A DNA stretch of 64,000 nt from Octopus bimaculoides (Eukaryota): contig NC_068992.1 in the NCBI RefSeq assembly GCF_001194135.2, forward strand, positions 66,609,950-66,673,949, read 5' to 3'. The first letter of the stretch is position 1; the number at the start of each line of letters is the position of its first letter. The position numbers were made by a program, and so were the translations under genes. This document shows, in pieces, positions 23,175 to 36,705 of the stretch. Below the pieces are notes generated by a model, which worked only from the letters and a program-made list of their open reading frames with translations, searched no databases and was not told where the DNA came from.

Positions 23175-23525
23175 AAACCCTGTAGTTATGCCAATATATC
23201 TATCATATTTTCATAGAAATCTTCTCTTTTCATCAATTGTTGTAATAAATCTTTTTCAATTGACATTAGTGCTAACCCAGACAGTCTTCTTTCTCTTGTC
23301 GCATTTCTTTGGTATGTTTTGATTCTGCTTAATGCAGAAAAGATCGCTCTACAGAAGCAGTGGTAGATGGAATTGTCAAAATCAACTTGCACAGATTGAA
23401 GAGTTCTGGCATAGCTTCAACAAGGTCACTGCTGTAAATGTAACTTATTAAATGACTTACACTTCTCAAAATATCGTTTATAACACTCATTTCGAAAAAG
23501 ACTACTTTTATATAATAACACACGT
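23175..23525 (-). mobile_element. hAT transposase C-terminal dimerisation-domain relic (ZMYM1-like type)
   Basis: MPELFNLCKLILTIPSTTASVERSF [frameshift] SALSRIKTYQRNATRERRLSGLALMSIEKDLL. Runs into the gap. Confidence 0.85.
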
Positions 23526-23852
23526 ATAAGCGTCTGAGTAAATTTTAAGTCAATTTCAACAAAACGGAAAAATTACGTTAGTCAAATTAATTTAAGATTA
23601 ATTAGCTACTTCTGAAATAAGAAATATATTATAGATAATATTTCTTTTTCAGAACACCCAAAAAATATAATAGGGCAAACAGATGTTTTGGATTAAAAAA
23701 AAAATTCAAACTTACCGCCAGGTTATTCCGACATTTTAACTTGCAAAGTCAGGAATTATGGGATTGCTCTGGTTCGGGTCAGAAAGTGGAACGAGGTTAG
23801 AAATTCTACACTAACAAAGAGAGAGAGAGGGGGATGTCTGTCACGTGCATCT

Positions 23853-23912
23853 TCTCAAAGCAGACGATCTCAGAGCAGACGATCTCAAAGCAGACGATCT
23901 CAAAGCAGACGT
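23853..23912. repeat. 15-bp tandem repeat x4
   Basis: Unit TCTCAAAGCAGACGA at 23853, 23868, 23883, 23898. Confidence 0.95.
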
Positions 23913-24412
23913 ACGAGTCACTGAGAGAGGGGAAGGGGAGGCAGAATATTTCGAAAACACCTGGACGGTTCAAGCGATTCCGTTCGTCCACCAAGATCTG
24001 GACTAAATTTTTTAATTAAAGCTTTTGGATTAACCGTGACGCCTATTTAATTGATTGGTAATAGAGTAACCAAACATCTCACGATCAAATCACGGTCAAA
24101 CAAATGAACTTCAAGAAGACTTTAATTATTTCCGTTCAAATAATATTTTCACGTGAGTTTTCTGGACCAATCAGGATAATCAGATGTTTTCGACATTTAC
24201 GTCAACATTGCTTCTCTGAAGTTGAATGAGGGACTGTTCAGGTTCTCACCACCACAAAATAAGATTAAAATAATAAAAGGAAGCTAAACGAAAGAAAATA
24301 TAAAAATCAATATCAATGAAAAGACCAGTGGCCAAGGAGAAACTTCTGTTTAATGTCTCAACTTTACTTTTAGAAAAATTTCTTCAAATATTTCATTCAT
24401 TCATTATTTAAG

Positions 24413-24448
24413 TTTCCTGACTGCTTTCGATTTCTCCCTGGTTTATCA
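24413..24448 (+). CDS. Candidate 36-nt micro-exon (FPDCFRFLPGLS)
   Basis: TTATTTAAG| ... TCA|GTAAGT; phase 0-0 and open. Confidence 0.2.
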
Positions 24449-25274
24449 GTAAGTTGCAGCGGAAATTTCGTTCTGATATTATTGTACATTGGGAAGGTCA
24501 TACTGTTAGTTAAAAACACACACATTGATTTTGTTTCATTTCTACTCTATTACCAATCAATTAAATAATTAATCAAGAATCTTGCAACATAAATACAAAA
24601 GATGTATCGTTATTTGTCCCCTAAATCCCACCAAACTACTCACTGATTCTCTCGTTTTCACCCTCATTCCATAATGTTTTGTTATATAACTCTTAAATAA
24701 TTCAGAGAATAACCCCCCCCACTTTTCCTACCAGCTGCATTAGTTTCTCCTCTCATCAAATATTATGTTGGCATTTTTTTTATTTATTTACGGTATTTCT
24801 AGATTAAATTAAATTAACAACACTGTTATATAGCTGTCCATGTTTAATAACAAAATATATTTTTTAAATAATAAATTAACTTTTTTTTCTCTGTTAATGG
24901 AATTTGTTAAAAGTCATCTACAGAAAAGTTAATTTAAATAACGACACAGTAACGATGAATGGAGCTTCAAATACGAATCTCATTAATTCTTTATTTGGAA
25001 ACATGTTGAGACCATTTATTAATTTGGCTGAAGAGGAATTTCAAGGATACATTTTAAAATTGATAATTGATTGATTTTGCGTAAACAGTTATATATCGAT
25101 ACTGATTTACAATATTGACACAAAAATAACGTATTTGTAGGGAGAGTATAAGTGATCAAATCCCTCTTCCAGTACTTTAATGGTACTTCATTAGTTAAAA
25201 ACTGAACTGATTTAACAGTATATATATATATATATCCACCTGTCCTCGTCTGTTGTTATTATTTGTATATTCTC

Positions 25275-25308
<34 letters not shown>

Positions 25309-26131
25309 NNNNNNNNNNNNNNNNNNNNNNNNNNNNNNNNNNNNNNNNNNNNNNNNNNNNNNNNNNNNNNNNNNNNNNNNNNNNNNNNNNNNNNNNNNNN
25401 NNNNNNNNNNNNNNNNNNNNNNNNNNNNNNNNNNNNNNNNNNNNNNNNNNNNNNNNNNNNNNNNNNNNNNNNNNNNNNNNNNNNNNNNNNNNNNNNNNNN
25501 NNNNNNNNNNNNNNNNNNNNNNNNNNNNNNNNNNNNNNNNNNNNNNNNNNNNNNNNNNNNNNNNNNNNNNNNNNNNNNNNNNNNNNNNNNNNNNNNNNNN
25601 NNNNNNNNNNNNNNNNNNNNNNNNNNNNNNNNNNNNNNNNNNNNNNNNNNNNNNNNNNNNNNNNNNNNNNNNNNNNNNNNNNNNNNNNNNNNNNNNNNNN
25701 NNNNNNNNNNNNNNNNNNNNNNNNNNNNNNNNNNNNNNNNNNNNNNNNNNNNNNNNNNNNNNNNNNNNNNNNNNNNNNNNNNNNNNNNNNNNNNNNNNNN
25801 NNNNNNNNNNNNNNNNNNNNNNNNNNNNNNNNNNNNNNNNNNNNNNNNNNNNNNNNNNNNNNNNNNNNNNNNNNNNNNNNNNNNNNNNNNNNNNNNNNNN
25901 NNNNNNNNNNNNNNNNNNNNNNNNNNNNNNNNNNNNNNNNNNNNNNNNNNNNNNNNNNNNNNNNNNNNNNNNNNNNNNNNNNNNNNNNNNNNNNNNNNNN
26001 NNNNNNNNNNNNNNNNNNNNNNNNNNNNNNNNNNNNNNNNNNNNNNNNNNNNNNNNNNNNNNNNNNNNNNNNNNNNNNNNNNNNNNNNNNNNNNNNNNNN
26101 NNNNNNNNNNNNNNNNNNNNNNNNNNNNNNN

Positions 26132-26170
<39 letters not shown>

Positions 26171-26304
26171 TAACAATTCTGCCGGTTCGCCGCCTTTGTT
26201 TGATATATTAAACATCGCCATTGCTTACTGCCAATGTCAATTTAATATATTAGCAAAAGTTTTGATGAGGTTTTTTTTTTTAGTATTTAAGATTTCTTAT
26301 GGAA

Positions 26305-26650
26305 TGTAGGCGCGCTCTCGCCTACATTTCATGATAACGCAATCTGATTCACCAGGTCCTTGGTTCGATCCCAATGTAAGCTATCTTGAGCAAATGTAAT
26401 TTTCTATAGCCTCGAGTAGACTTATGCTTTGGAAGTGGTATTGGCTAGATGGAAACTGTATGGAAGCCTGTTGTGTTGATTGTGTTCACAATCGAAAAGG
26501 TACAACTTTGTCATACACACGGATCCTGCCCGAGAATTAAGTTAGGATACACTTCTCTCTGGAATACTTTGTCTCTTACCCATTAATTAAATGAGCAGAT
26601 AATTCCGTCGAGAAAACCGATTCCATATCGTCGACACTGACGGAGATTCA
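26305..26650 (+). mobile_element. Degraded chimeric SINE: family A head joined to family C body/tail
   Basis: 26305-26470 aligns with A (TTGGTTCGATCCC..TTGAGCAAATG..CTATAGCCTCG..GATGGAAACTG). 26490-26645 aligns with C (CAACTTTGTCA..CCCGAGAA..TTAATT..GAGCAG..TTCCGT). Confidence 0.5.
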
Positions 26651-26967
26651 CTACATTATGAAATAATTGAAATAAAATAATTATTGTAATTTATTAGGAA
26701 TCAACTTATGTAACACGCGAAGATTGAGAGGATAGCAAACTATCTGATATTAGAAATAATACATTTCTGAATCTCTCAGAGATTTATTCAGTAGCAGCAC
26801 GATAAAGTGATGGTTTGTTATCAACTTAATGTGACAGTCCCATAAAAGGGAAGAATGCTACTGTTATTTAGCCCTAGGAAACACTGTTTCCTGTTGGACT
26901 TGACACATTTCCTGTGTTTGATATTAGTTTGATAGTTTAGCACAAGGAGGGTGTGGGTGGGGTGGGG

Positions 26968-27132
26968 GTTTACATCGACCCCAGTGTTTAACTGGTAATT
27001 ATTTTATTGAACCCGAAAAGATGAAAGGCCAAGTCTACCCCTACGGGATTTGAACTCAGAACGTAAAGTCGGAAGAAATGCCGCTAAGCATTTTGTCCGG
27101 CGTGGGTAACGATCCTGTCAGTCTCACCGTCT
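26968..27132 (-). mobile_element. SINE family B
   Basis: ATCGACCCCAGT..AACTGGTA..CCGAAAAGATGAAAGGC..TTTGAACTCAGAACGTA..AAATGCCGCTAAGCATTT. Confidence 0.85.
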
Positions 27133-27232
27133 CAACTATTTAATATCATTTCCAATATATATATATATATATACAAGCTTCAATACTTTTAGAATAACAG
27201 GCAGACACTTTGGAGACACAGTCTTATTTATG

Positions 27233-27272
<40 letters not shown>

Positions 27273-27748
27273 ACACACACACACACAGGTACACACACGC
27301 ACACACGAATATATATTTGATATCGCACAAGCGGTATCAGTGAAAGATTGATATTGCATATTCCATATACACATATTCAATATGTATAGGGAATGTTATA
27401 CATATTCAATATCGCATAATACATATCCAATGTCTCAAATACAATCTCAACATTTTCTCTGAGATTTTATATGAAATATTGAAAATTTATGAATATTCTA
27501 TGATCAACTTTTTTTCTTCTAAAACTCAGGAGATTTCGAATAGGTGTGAGTGGGCGCGCGTGCGTTTGTGGTAATGCTTGGTTTTATGTTTAGTTACGAT
27601 AAAAAGAAATTTTACGTTAATCTGAGGGGTTACTCTATACTTTTGTAGAGAGCAGATTTATTCTTAAAGAAGAATATTGTTGACAGTGACTTCGAAGTTA
27701 AGCCATCATCGGACTGGACTGTATGTGTGTATATATATACATATATAC

Positions 27749-27781
<33 letters not shown>

Positions 27782-28095
27782 TGTATGTATGTATGTATGT
27801 ATGTACATAATGTGTTGGTGTATCTCAAGCAATATGATCAGAATACAGTAAGAGAACAGAGCAACGCCGTTTGTTGGAGAGGATCAATGAGAAGACATGA
27901 TGAACCAGAAGACAACTTCACTTTAGAGTGAAGAAATATCTCCCCCACAAGGCCACCCCACCCCCATCAGCAGTGTGGTAAGGATTTCTCCATTCGTAGA
28001 CAGGGGAGGGGACGGATGTAGTTAGCAACAGAATCACAATGGTGTACTTCATTAGGAAGAAGCTATCTTGCCTGAACAGCCTTAATGAACTCGAT

Positions 28096-28358
<263 letters not shown>

Positions 28359-28399
28359 ACGGCATCAATGACATGAGGTTATTATAGCTGTTAAAAATA

Positions 28400-28770
28400 T
28401 CCCCGTATGTTACTGGTATTTATTTTACCGATTCCATGAGACGGAAAGGCAAAATTAAACTCGGCCGGATTTGATCTAACTTCATGAAGGGAGGTAACTA
28501 TATGACAGTGATGTTTAATCCGGCATTTTGCTGTAATGTGGTTCACTAACGCCATTACACAACTAGTCCTATACAATAATTTTGTTGAAACTCGCGACCA
28601 ATATTTATTTGAAAGTTCAGACGAACGATCGATTGAACCAATTCCAGAATATTGCATGTACATATTTTATCGATCTGCAAGGATGAAAGGTAAAGTTGAA
28701 GAAGGTGAGATCTGAACCCGGGCAGTTAAGTTCAAATAGCGTTTACATACGATGCGCTACCAACCATTTA
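28400..28770 (-). mobile_element. Two degraded SINE family B copies (~28400-28555 and ~28645-28770)
   Basis: TACTGGTATTTATTTTACCGA..GGAAAGGCAAAATT and TTTTATCGATCTGCAAGGATGAAAGGTAAAGTTGA..TCTGAACCCGG. Confidence 0.55.
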
Positions 28771-28835
28771 GTTTGATGTTCTGTACAGGTAACACCTCAT
28801 TGATTTCTTAATGGACACACACACACACACACACA

Positions 28836-28878
<43 letters not shown>

Positions 28879-28879
28879 C

Positions 28880-28910
<31 letters not shown>

Positions 28911-28974
28911 ATATGTATGTGTGTGTGTGTGTATGATATATAATATAGCAATGTAATATATATATGTATATATA

Positions 28975-29190
28975 TTCTTTTATTTTTTACTATTTTACTG
29001 GTTTCAGTCATTTGACTGCGGCCATGCTGGAGCACCAATTTTAGTCGATTTGTAAGCCTAGTACTTATTCTATCGGTCTCTTTTGCCGAATCGCTAAGTC
29101 ACGGTGACGTAAACAACACAACATCGGTTAAGCGATGGTGGGGAGACAAACACTGACACACACGCACACACAAATATATACATACATACG

Positions 29191-29222
<32 letters not shown>

Positions 29223-29396
29223 CATAAATTTACGACGGGCTTCTTTTAGTTTCCATATACCAAATCCACTCTCAAGGTTTTGGTCGGTCCGAGGCTATAG
29301 TAGAAGAAACTTGCCCAAGGTGCCACGCAGTGGGACTGAACCAGGAACTATGTTGTTGGGAAGCCAGCTTCTTCAGCACAGTCACGTCTGCGCCTG
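28975..29396 (-). mobile_element. SINE family A, full length with internal (CA)n
   Basis: Tail CAGTCATTTGACTGCGGCCATGCTGGAGCACC, internal (CA)n at ~29155-29225, core CTTGCCCAAGGTGCCACGCAGTGGGACTGAACC. Confidence 0.95.
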
Positions 29397-29437
29397 TATA
29401 TAATATAATATATTATAATATAATATAATATATTATA

Positions 29438-29519
<82 letters not shown>

Positions 29520-29524
29520 TATAT

Positions 29525-29569
<45 letters not shown>

Positions 29570-30861
29570 TATATATATACACATATGTATATGTGTATAT
29601 ATTATATATACAAATATATGTATGTATACACACACACACACATATATATAACACATGATATGATAATAACAATAATAATAATGATGATGATGATGATGAT
29701 GCTGATGATGATGATTTCATTTATTTGCCACAGGGGCGAAGGATGAGGGGAACAATACAAAGACAGAGATAAAGTGTTGGGGTTTACATATGCTGGAATG
29801 ATGAAAAAGAAAGTAAGCACACACTATATACACACTGGAAAAGAAGGGACAGATGCATATATAAGTATATACATACACACACATACACAAACACCGGGGT
29901 ATATACACCCGCTCATTAAAAATGCGCTTATATGTTGCACCAGCACGCACGTCCATTCTATATAGAAGTGAAAAGTCACATAAGATGAAGCACACACACA
30001 CGCGCACACTACGCACATACGCACATGCATACACACGCACACGCAAACACACACACACACAGGCATCCACCCACAAACATGCCACAATAGATGCATAAAC
30101 AAATGCAGCTGCACCAACAAAGCGGCAGCGTGCATGCTGCATGTCGATGCCAACACAAACCATAATAAACGCACCTGAACACATCATCAAGCCTGACAGG
30201 GGGACACACACAGACACACACAGGCACATGTTGCACTTGCACAAACACAGGTGCACACCCGCACTCGTGTGCACACACTTGCAGGCCAACGATCGCCAGT
30301 TATTTTATAGACCTTAAAGTGGCTTCCGCTATTTCACTGTTGCTAGCAGCCAACAACTGTAAACAAACACTGGCGTTGTTGTTGTTGTTGCTGTGGTTGC
30401 TGTTGCTGTTATGGGTATCAAATTAGTCATGGTGGCGGCGGCGGCGGTGGTGGTGGTGGTGGTGGTGNNNNNNNNNNNNNNNNNNNNNNNNNNNNNNNNN
30501 NNNNNNNNNNNNNNNNNNNNNNNNNNNNNNNNNNNNNNNNNNNNNNNNNNNNNNNNNNNNNNNNNNNNNNNNNNNNNNNNNNNNNNNNNNNNNNNNNNNN
30601 NNNNNNNNNNNNNNNNNNNNGGTGGTGGTGGTGGTGGTGGTGGTGGCGGTGGTGGTGGTTGTGGTGTTTATTCCTCAACAATATATGAAACCGTTTTTCC
30701 AATTTCTTCCTCAACGGGAGAAGGGTTCCGTCCCCTCCCCCCCAACTTTTCTCTAGGACTCCGTGACTGGGGTCGGAGAAGGGAGGGAGGCCGTTAGTTT
30801 CAGACTAAAGATCTAGCTCAGATGTTTCTGACAAGGTGAACTTAGACAGTCAATTAGCAAA

Positions 30862-31078
30862 GACGTTAGAAAGTCGAACAGGATAGTTTATGGTATTTAT
30901 TCCAAGCCTCTGTGTTCCGAGTTCAAATCCAGCTGAAGTCAACTTTATCTTCCATCTTTTCAGGGTCAATAAAAAGTGTCCCCTCCAGTGGTTGACTAAC
31001 ACAACCCCAAGAACATCGGACCGGTGGCGTTGCTGCATTTATTCCGAATCTTTGCTGTCTGAGTTCAAATCCTGCCAT
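30862..31078 (+). mobile_element. SINE family B copy plus a second partial head
   Basis: GTTCCGAGTTCAAATCCAGCTGAAGTCAACTTTATCTTCCATCTTTTCAGGGTCAATAAA; second TCTGAGTTCAAATCC at ~31058. Confidence 0.65.
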
Positions 31079-31334
31079 AGTTGTTGTTCTAGTTGTATTG
31101 TTACTGCTTTGGTTGTTGTGGTTACTGACAATGTTGTTATTGTTGTTGCTGCTTTCGTTGCTGCTGCTGCTGCTGCTGCTGCTGTTAGATAACACGAAAT
31201 ATTTCATGAGGGAGACTGAGAAAATAGCGGCAAGATGTAAATGAAGAGCTTATCTGTGGGGGACAGCAGCAGGTTGACGAGGGGTCGGGAGGGGTCCAGT
31301 GTCAGAGACAAATTCAATAAACCCAGCAGATACT

Positions 31335-31367
<33 letters not shown>

Positions 31368-31504
31368 CGTGTGTGTGCGCGTGTGTGTGTTTGTAAGATA
31401 TTTATATACAAATGCATGTGTGAGTTTACTTGACTTTACATGTTTGTAAGAAAGTGAGAGAAATACACACCCACATACACATATATGAATACATGTATTT
31501 ATTT

Positions 31505-31690
31505 CTTTATTGCCCACAGGGGCTAAGCATAAAGGGGACAAACAAAGACAGACAAAGGGATTAAGTCGATTACATCGACTCCAGTGCGTAACTGGTACAT
31601 AATTTATCGACCCCGAAAGGATGAAAGGTAAAGTCGACCTCGACGGAATTTGAACTCAGAACGTAGCGACGGGTAAAATGCCACTAAACA
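31505..31690 (-). mobile_element. SINE family B, well preserved, 5'-truncated
   Basis: GTCGATTACATCGACTCCAGTGCGTAACTGGTAC..CGACCCCGAAAGGATGAAAGGTAAAGTCGACCTCGACGGAATTTGAACTCAGAACGT. Confidence 0.9.
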
Positions 31691-31767
31691 TTAAGATTAT
31701 ATATATTCATGGAGGTCTATTTATGGTTGCATATATAAAAGTACATACATACATACATACATGCATG

Positions 31768-31825
<58 letters not shown>

Positions 31826-32205
31826 NNNNNNNNNNNNNNNNNNNNNNNNNNNNNNNNNNNNNNNNNNNNNNNNNNNNNNNNNNNNNNNNNNNNNNNNNNN
31901 NNNNNNNNNNNNNNNNNNNNNNNNNNNNNNNNNNNNNNNNNNNNNNNNNNNNNNNNNNNNNNNNNNNNNNNNNNNNNNNNNNNNNNNNNNNNNNNNNNNN
32001 NNNNNNNNNNNNNNNNNNNNNNNNNNNNNNNNNNNNNNNNNNNNNNNNNNNNNNNNNNNNNNNNNNNNNNNNNNNNNNNNNNNNNNNNNNNNNNNNNNNN
32101 NNNNNNNNNNNNNNNNNNNNNNNNNNNNNNNNNNNNNNNNNNNNNNNNNNNNNNNNNNNNNNNNNNNNNNNNNNNNNNNNNNNNNNNNNNNNNNNNNNNN
32201 NNNNN

Positions 32206-32287
<82 letters not shown>

Positions 32288-33490
32288 TGTATATAGGCGC
32301 CCCGTGAAGTTGTTATATTCCAAAATCAATGTTCCATTTGGCAACATTTTTCACTATTTTCGTTTTTCACCAGACTGAGAGGTGTTGACACACAACGCCG
32401 ATATATTGACGTGTGTGTAAACGTACATACGCATACGTGTATGTATATATATATTTATATTTATATATTGTGTGTATATATATATATGTATATGTATGTG
32501 TATGTATGTGTATACGTCCCTGTACACACTGCTGCATACATACATTCATAGACACACATGTCTATGTATCTACACATGTGTGGATATATTAAGTTTTGAC
32601 AAGCACCGACTTATCGGTTATACTTTCTACATGCACACACACACACACATACACACACACACACACGTACACACGCACAAATATATATACATACATACAC
32701 ACACGCTTTCTTATATATGTACCCATGTATATATATTTATTCATACGTAAGTGACAAATGCACATTTGCATATATAAATATATATTTATTAATCCGTGTG
32801 TATGTGTGAGTATGTATGTGTGTGTGTGCATGTATGTGTGTGCATGTGTGCGTGTGTGTAGACGTCTAATCATATACACACCCACTTATACATACTTCAC
32901 TCCACACATCTTCATCTAAAATCGCTCATTTATCACGTAAACACTAAATAAAAAATTCATATTTAAATTATTTACACCGATCACAAAGTTTATGCTAAGA
33001 GTTATATATATATATATATATATATATATATNNNNNNNNNNNNNNNNNNNNNNNNNNNNNNNNNNNNNNNNNNNNNNNNNNNNNNNNNNNNNNNNNNNNN
33101 NNNNNNNNNNNNNNNNNNNNNNNNNNNNNNNNNNNNNNNNNNNNNNNNNNNNNNNNNNNNNNNNNNNNNNNNNNNNNNNNNNNNNNNNNNNNNNNNNNNN
33201 NNNNNNNNNNNNNNNNNNNNNNNNNNNNNNNNNNNNNNNNNNNNNNNNNNNNNNNNNNNNNNNNNNNNNNNNNNNNNNNNNNNNNNNNNNNNNNNNNNNN
33301 NNNNNNNNNNNNNNNNNNNNNNNNNNNNNNNNNNNNNNNNNNNNNNNNNNNNNNNNNNNNNNNNNNNNNNNNNNNNNNNNNNNNNNNNNNNNNNNNNNNN
33401 NNNNNNNNNNNNNNNNNNNNNNNNNNNNNNNNNNNNNNNNNNNNNNNNNNNNNNNNNNNNNNNNNNNNNNNNNNNNNNNNNNNNNNNNNN

Positions 33491-33544
<54 letters not shown>

Positions 33545-35800
33545 CAGACGTGGCCAAACTTGCCATATGTAAGCTTCCCGTATTTGAGAGCCACATGCCA
33601 TGAACTAAATTACACGTTTTTATTATTATATAAACATTTCGTTAGAAAGATTACACATAACTATTAAGAAATACATCCGTGTCGTTATATTTATTTAATG
33701 TATGTAGTTTTATTATTAAACTAGTAATTTCTGTTAGTTGAAGTAATCACAAGGTACAGCAAATGTTTTCCTAATCTTCACTGATGATTGTTTTAACGAT
33801 GTTGAGTATATTTAATTCGGTAATAAACTACAGCAACATCTAAGAATATTATGTAAATTTGCATTTTAGTAACATAAAATCAGATTGCCAATAATAAAAC
33901 TAAAAAAAGAAGGAAATAAAGAAAGAGCGATATTTTTAATGACATTTCTGTTAGTAAATATCTGATCAAAACATGACGGCAAATAAACAGAGAGTCTAAC
34001 CACTATAATCAGAAATATTTTAATCAGCTAACACCTTACAAAATTACAATCTTATCATAATATTTTTATGATAAACAGAGAATGCTACTATTACCAGGCT
34101 ATTAAAGCCGTTATTTACTACAAATAGATTTTCTGGTGATTTTCTGTTTTGGTTGTAAATCGTTGAAAATCCGGCTGCTATGTTGGTAACTCTGTGAAGT
34201 ATCGCTGTTCGGTGTTTGTAAGGATGGTTCGAGGCTTCAACTCCACTTCCTTCGCTACAGTGTACAGTTATTCATATTTGGATGGGAGGAAGAAAACTGA
34301 CAAGTGTCACATTCACCTTTTTTAGTTTCAGATATGTTATGTCTGGAACTTTTGTTCCAGAACTCTGAGATTTGTGGAACATCTTTAAAACCAGGTCATC
34401 TTTTAATTCTATAAGTTCTAGTTGCCCAACCAATGGTTATATAGCGAGATTTTCGAGAAATGAAACAACCATCATTGATAACATTAACCAGGAATGGATT
34501 TACAATAAAGACGAAGCAAAGTTTCAATTTCTGCAAGCCATTAACATCTGTCCAGGAAATAAGCACGCATTTCTTGTAAATAATCTTTAGTCTTCCATTT
34601 TCTTTCATTTCACTCTCAACGAACGTATTCCCTCTCGAACAGACACTAGGAAAGTGACTTGAGTAATTCGACAGTCTAGCTTTTTGAAAAACTAATTTTA
34701 TTCTGAAAGCTGAAGATTTTTTATGATCAGAAACACTCTTATCTTTCCTCTGGAGTGCTATATTGAGAATTGGTCGATAATTCCTTAAATCAGTTAAGGA
34801 ACATCGGATCCCGGATCCTGGCATCATTCCCAGTTGAAGATAGAATCTTTTCGGTAAGAAAAGTAGTAATAGTCTCTAGCAGATGCACAAATCGACTCAA
34901 ACAAGTTGTTGTTTGACTACCATCCTCCAATGCAGTAGAAAATGATGTCACTCGGTTTACATTTAAGCTCCAGTTCTTCAATAAAATTTCCTAAAATGTG
35001 GGTTGGTTTTTCCATTTAAGAATACAAAATTTATTCTTTCAGCGACAGATTCCATGACATCTTCATACTTGAAGGATCTGGCTGTCAGCTTTTCCCGATG
35101 AATAATGCATTGTGCAGGGAAAAACTGGTAATCCGGGATTATTTTCCATAAATGCTGTTAATCCTGAATTTCCGTCTCATTACTATGGCAACAACGACAC
35201 GAGTTTATTCAGTAAAACACCAACATCTGTCATGGCTCTGTCAAACACATTTGTCATCAAATCAATTCCAACATCTTTTGCTTCACAGGAAACAAACAAA
35301 TCTTTCCTTTGGGGTTTGTCTTGTATGTCTTTAAACTTGTCAAAAATTAAAGCGAATGAAAGAGAATTGTTTAAATGATTTTGTCTGGGATTTTTATCTC
35401 TTTTCTGCGGCATAAATTGGTGTTTGTACTGCTACTAATCGCTGAAGATTTGTGTTTTGTGTTTTGCTTCAGTTATATTCTCCGTAATAAATTCACCTTC
35501 ACAAACATTTGGTGTTTAACACTGAACAAAATTCTCTGACGTTACAAAGCTGTCTCGAACGTTGTATAAGCTTCGTTATTGAACGTTTCCAACATCGGCT
35601 TCATTACTGAACCTTACCTACGATGTCTGCTTGTTATTTATTGATGCGTTCCCTGATTTAAATGGATTATCCTGGGAAATGTTTTAGGGATTTGCTTTAT
35701 TGTGATCTTTTAATGACACATAATAGATACTACATAATGGCTTTTACTTACTCTGGCTTAAAATCGTGCTTTCATGTTTATATTTTCATTTCTTTCGTAG
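33545..35800 (-). mobile_element. hAT DNA transposon relic (Buster/Charlie, GTF2IRD2-like transposase) with one terminus
   Basis: Remnants EGEFI, LNKLVS, CIIHREKL, FIEELEL..PSDIIFYC..W, LTDL..LNIALQRKDK, FIVNPFLVNVINDGC, LELIELKDDLVLK, EFW, QPDFQR in order over 34130-35800. TIR-like CAGACGTGGCCAAAC at 33545. Confidence 0.9.
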
Positions 35801-36507
35801 GACTGTCTTCCTTTCATAGAAAATCGTAAACAAAATTTTTATCTCAAGCGTACCAACTGGGTCTACAACCTCTCATGTAGTGGACCTCGTTCGTACTCCA
35901 GATTCCTTTTTGTATTTTACGGAAAATCAAACCATTTGCACGTTTCACAATTTTATAACATTTATTAAGATATTTTTCTAGTTTTTCCCAATTAACTTCC
36001 TTCATAGAAAAGGCAAAGAAGGAAGTGACTTGATTAAAATCATCTCATTAGTTATTCTGTTTTTTTCTTAAAGAGATCTCTTCAAATCCCCCCCCCGCCT
36101 CTCCCTCCTCACCATTCTTTCTCTTAGAACTGAAGCACAAAGCTCCTACTCAGATCTATCAATAAAATTAAGTTTTAGATTTCTAAATGCTTTTGAAAAC
36201 CTTAAACATTAAATTTATGTTTTAATCCAGAGGTGCCTGAATTNNNNNNNNNNNNNNNNNNNNNNNNNNNNNNNNNNNNNNNNNNNNNNNNNNNNNNNNN
36301 NNNNNNNNNNNNNNNNNNNNNNNNNNNNNNNNNNNNNNNNNNNNNNNNNNNNNNNNNNNNNNNNNNNNNNNNNNATTCCAAAGATGGTGATTTTTCTTGT
36401 TTATCTTTTCATATCAACTGGGAAAAAAACAGAAACGGATCTCGGCCCTCGTAGTTCCATATTAAAGAGGCGCATGCGATTGGTGATACAAAGTTCAGTC
36501 AACACTG

Positions 36508-36705
<198 letters not shown>

